Shown in pieces: positions 27,144-27,186 of a stretch of DNA of 27,186 nt; positions within the stretch are counted from its first letter, which is position 1; each line of letters opens with the position of its first letter. Under the pieces are notes generated by a model, which had not been told where the DNA came from, made no database searches, and worked only from the letters and a program-made list of their open reading frames with translations. The DNA is from a bacterium. GTDB taxonomy: Bacteria > JAMCPX01. The position numbers and the translations under genes were made by a program. The DNA lies in the NCBI GenBank assembly GCA_037439545.1, contig JBBIVV010000030.1:1-27186 (forward strand), in the 5' to 3' direction.

Positions 27144-27186
27144 GCGCCCGTAGCTCAGTGGATAGAGCATCGGACTTCGAATCCGC
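27144..27186 (+). tRNA. tRNA-Arg(TCG), truncated by the window end
   Basis: GCGCCCG-TA-GCTC-AGTGGATA-GAGC-A, then anticodon arm (T)CGGA-CT-TCG-AA-TCCG(C). The T arm and 3' acceptor strand lie outside the window. Confidence 0.85.

Overview
Gene-dense bacterial chromosomal segment. It is probably from a diderm, possibly a deltaproteobacteria-like lineage; this is inferred from an outer-membrane beta-barrel, lipoproteins, the DnaK insert and futalosine-pathway MqnC. Gene order: carB-greA; a convergent MFS transporter plus GT-C-like membrane protein; grpE-dnaK-dnaJ-(Zn-ribbon/receiver)-mqnC-marC; a PAS-PAS-PAS-GAF-GAF-HD-GYP phosphodiesterase, an isochorismatase-family hydrolase and a beta-barrel protein; tRNA-Arg(CCG); a tiny repeat-containing lipoprotein; a five-gene minus-strand operon (small acidic protein, GILT/thioredoxin-like lipoprotein, DedA, DUF62 SAM hydrolase, MeaB); tRNA-Glu(CTC); a pectinacetylesterase-family lipoprotein; a class III PLP enzyme plus a cryptic kinase-like protein; and a truncated tRNA-Arg(TCG). 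No transposase, integrase, CRISPR array or rRNA is visible. Five observations stand out: (1) a miniature palindromic element family with CCCCGTGAGAAA ends, present twice, one copy of which appears to have rewritten a protein C-terminus; (2) a PLP enzyme/kinase-like gene pair; (3) seven candidate sigma70 promoters that all lack the normally near-invariant -7T; (4) a multi-hairpin intergenic element before tRNA-Arg(CCG); (5) a GILT-like lipoprotein. All calls are by eye; no database searches were run.
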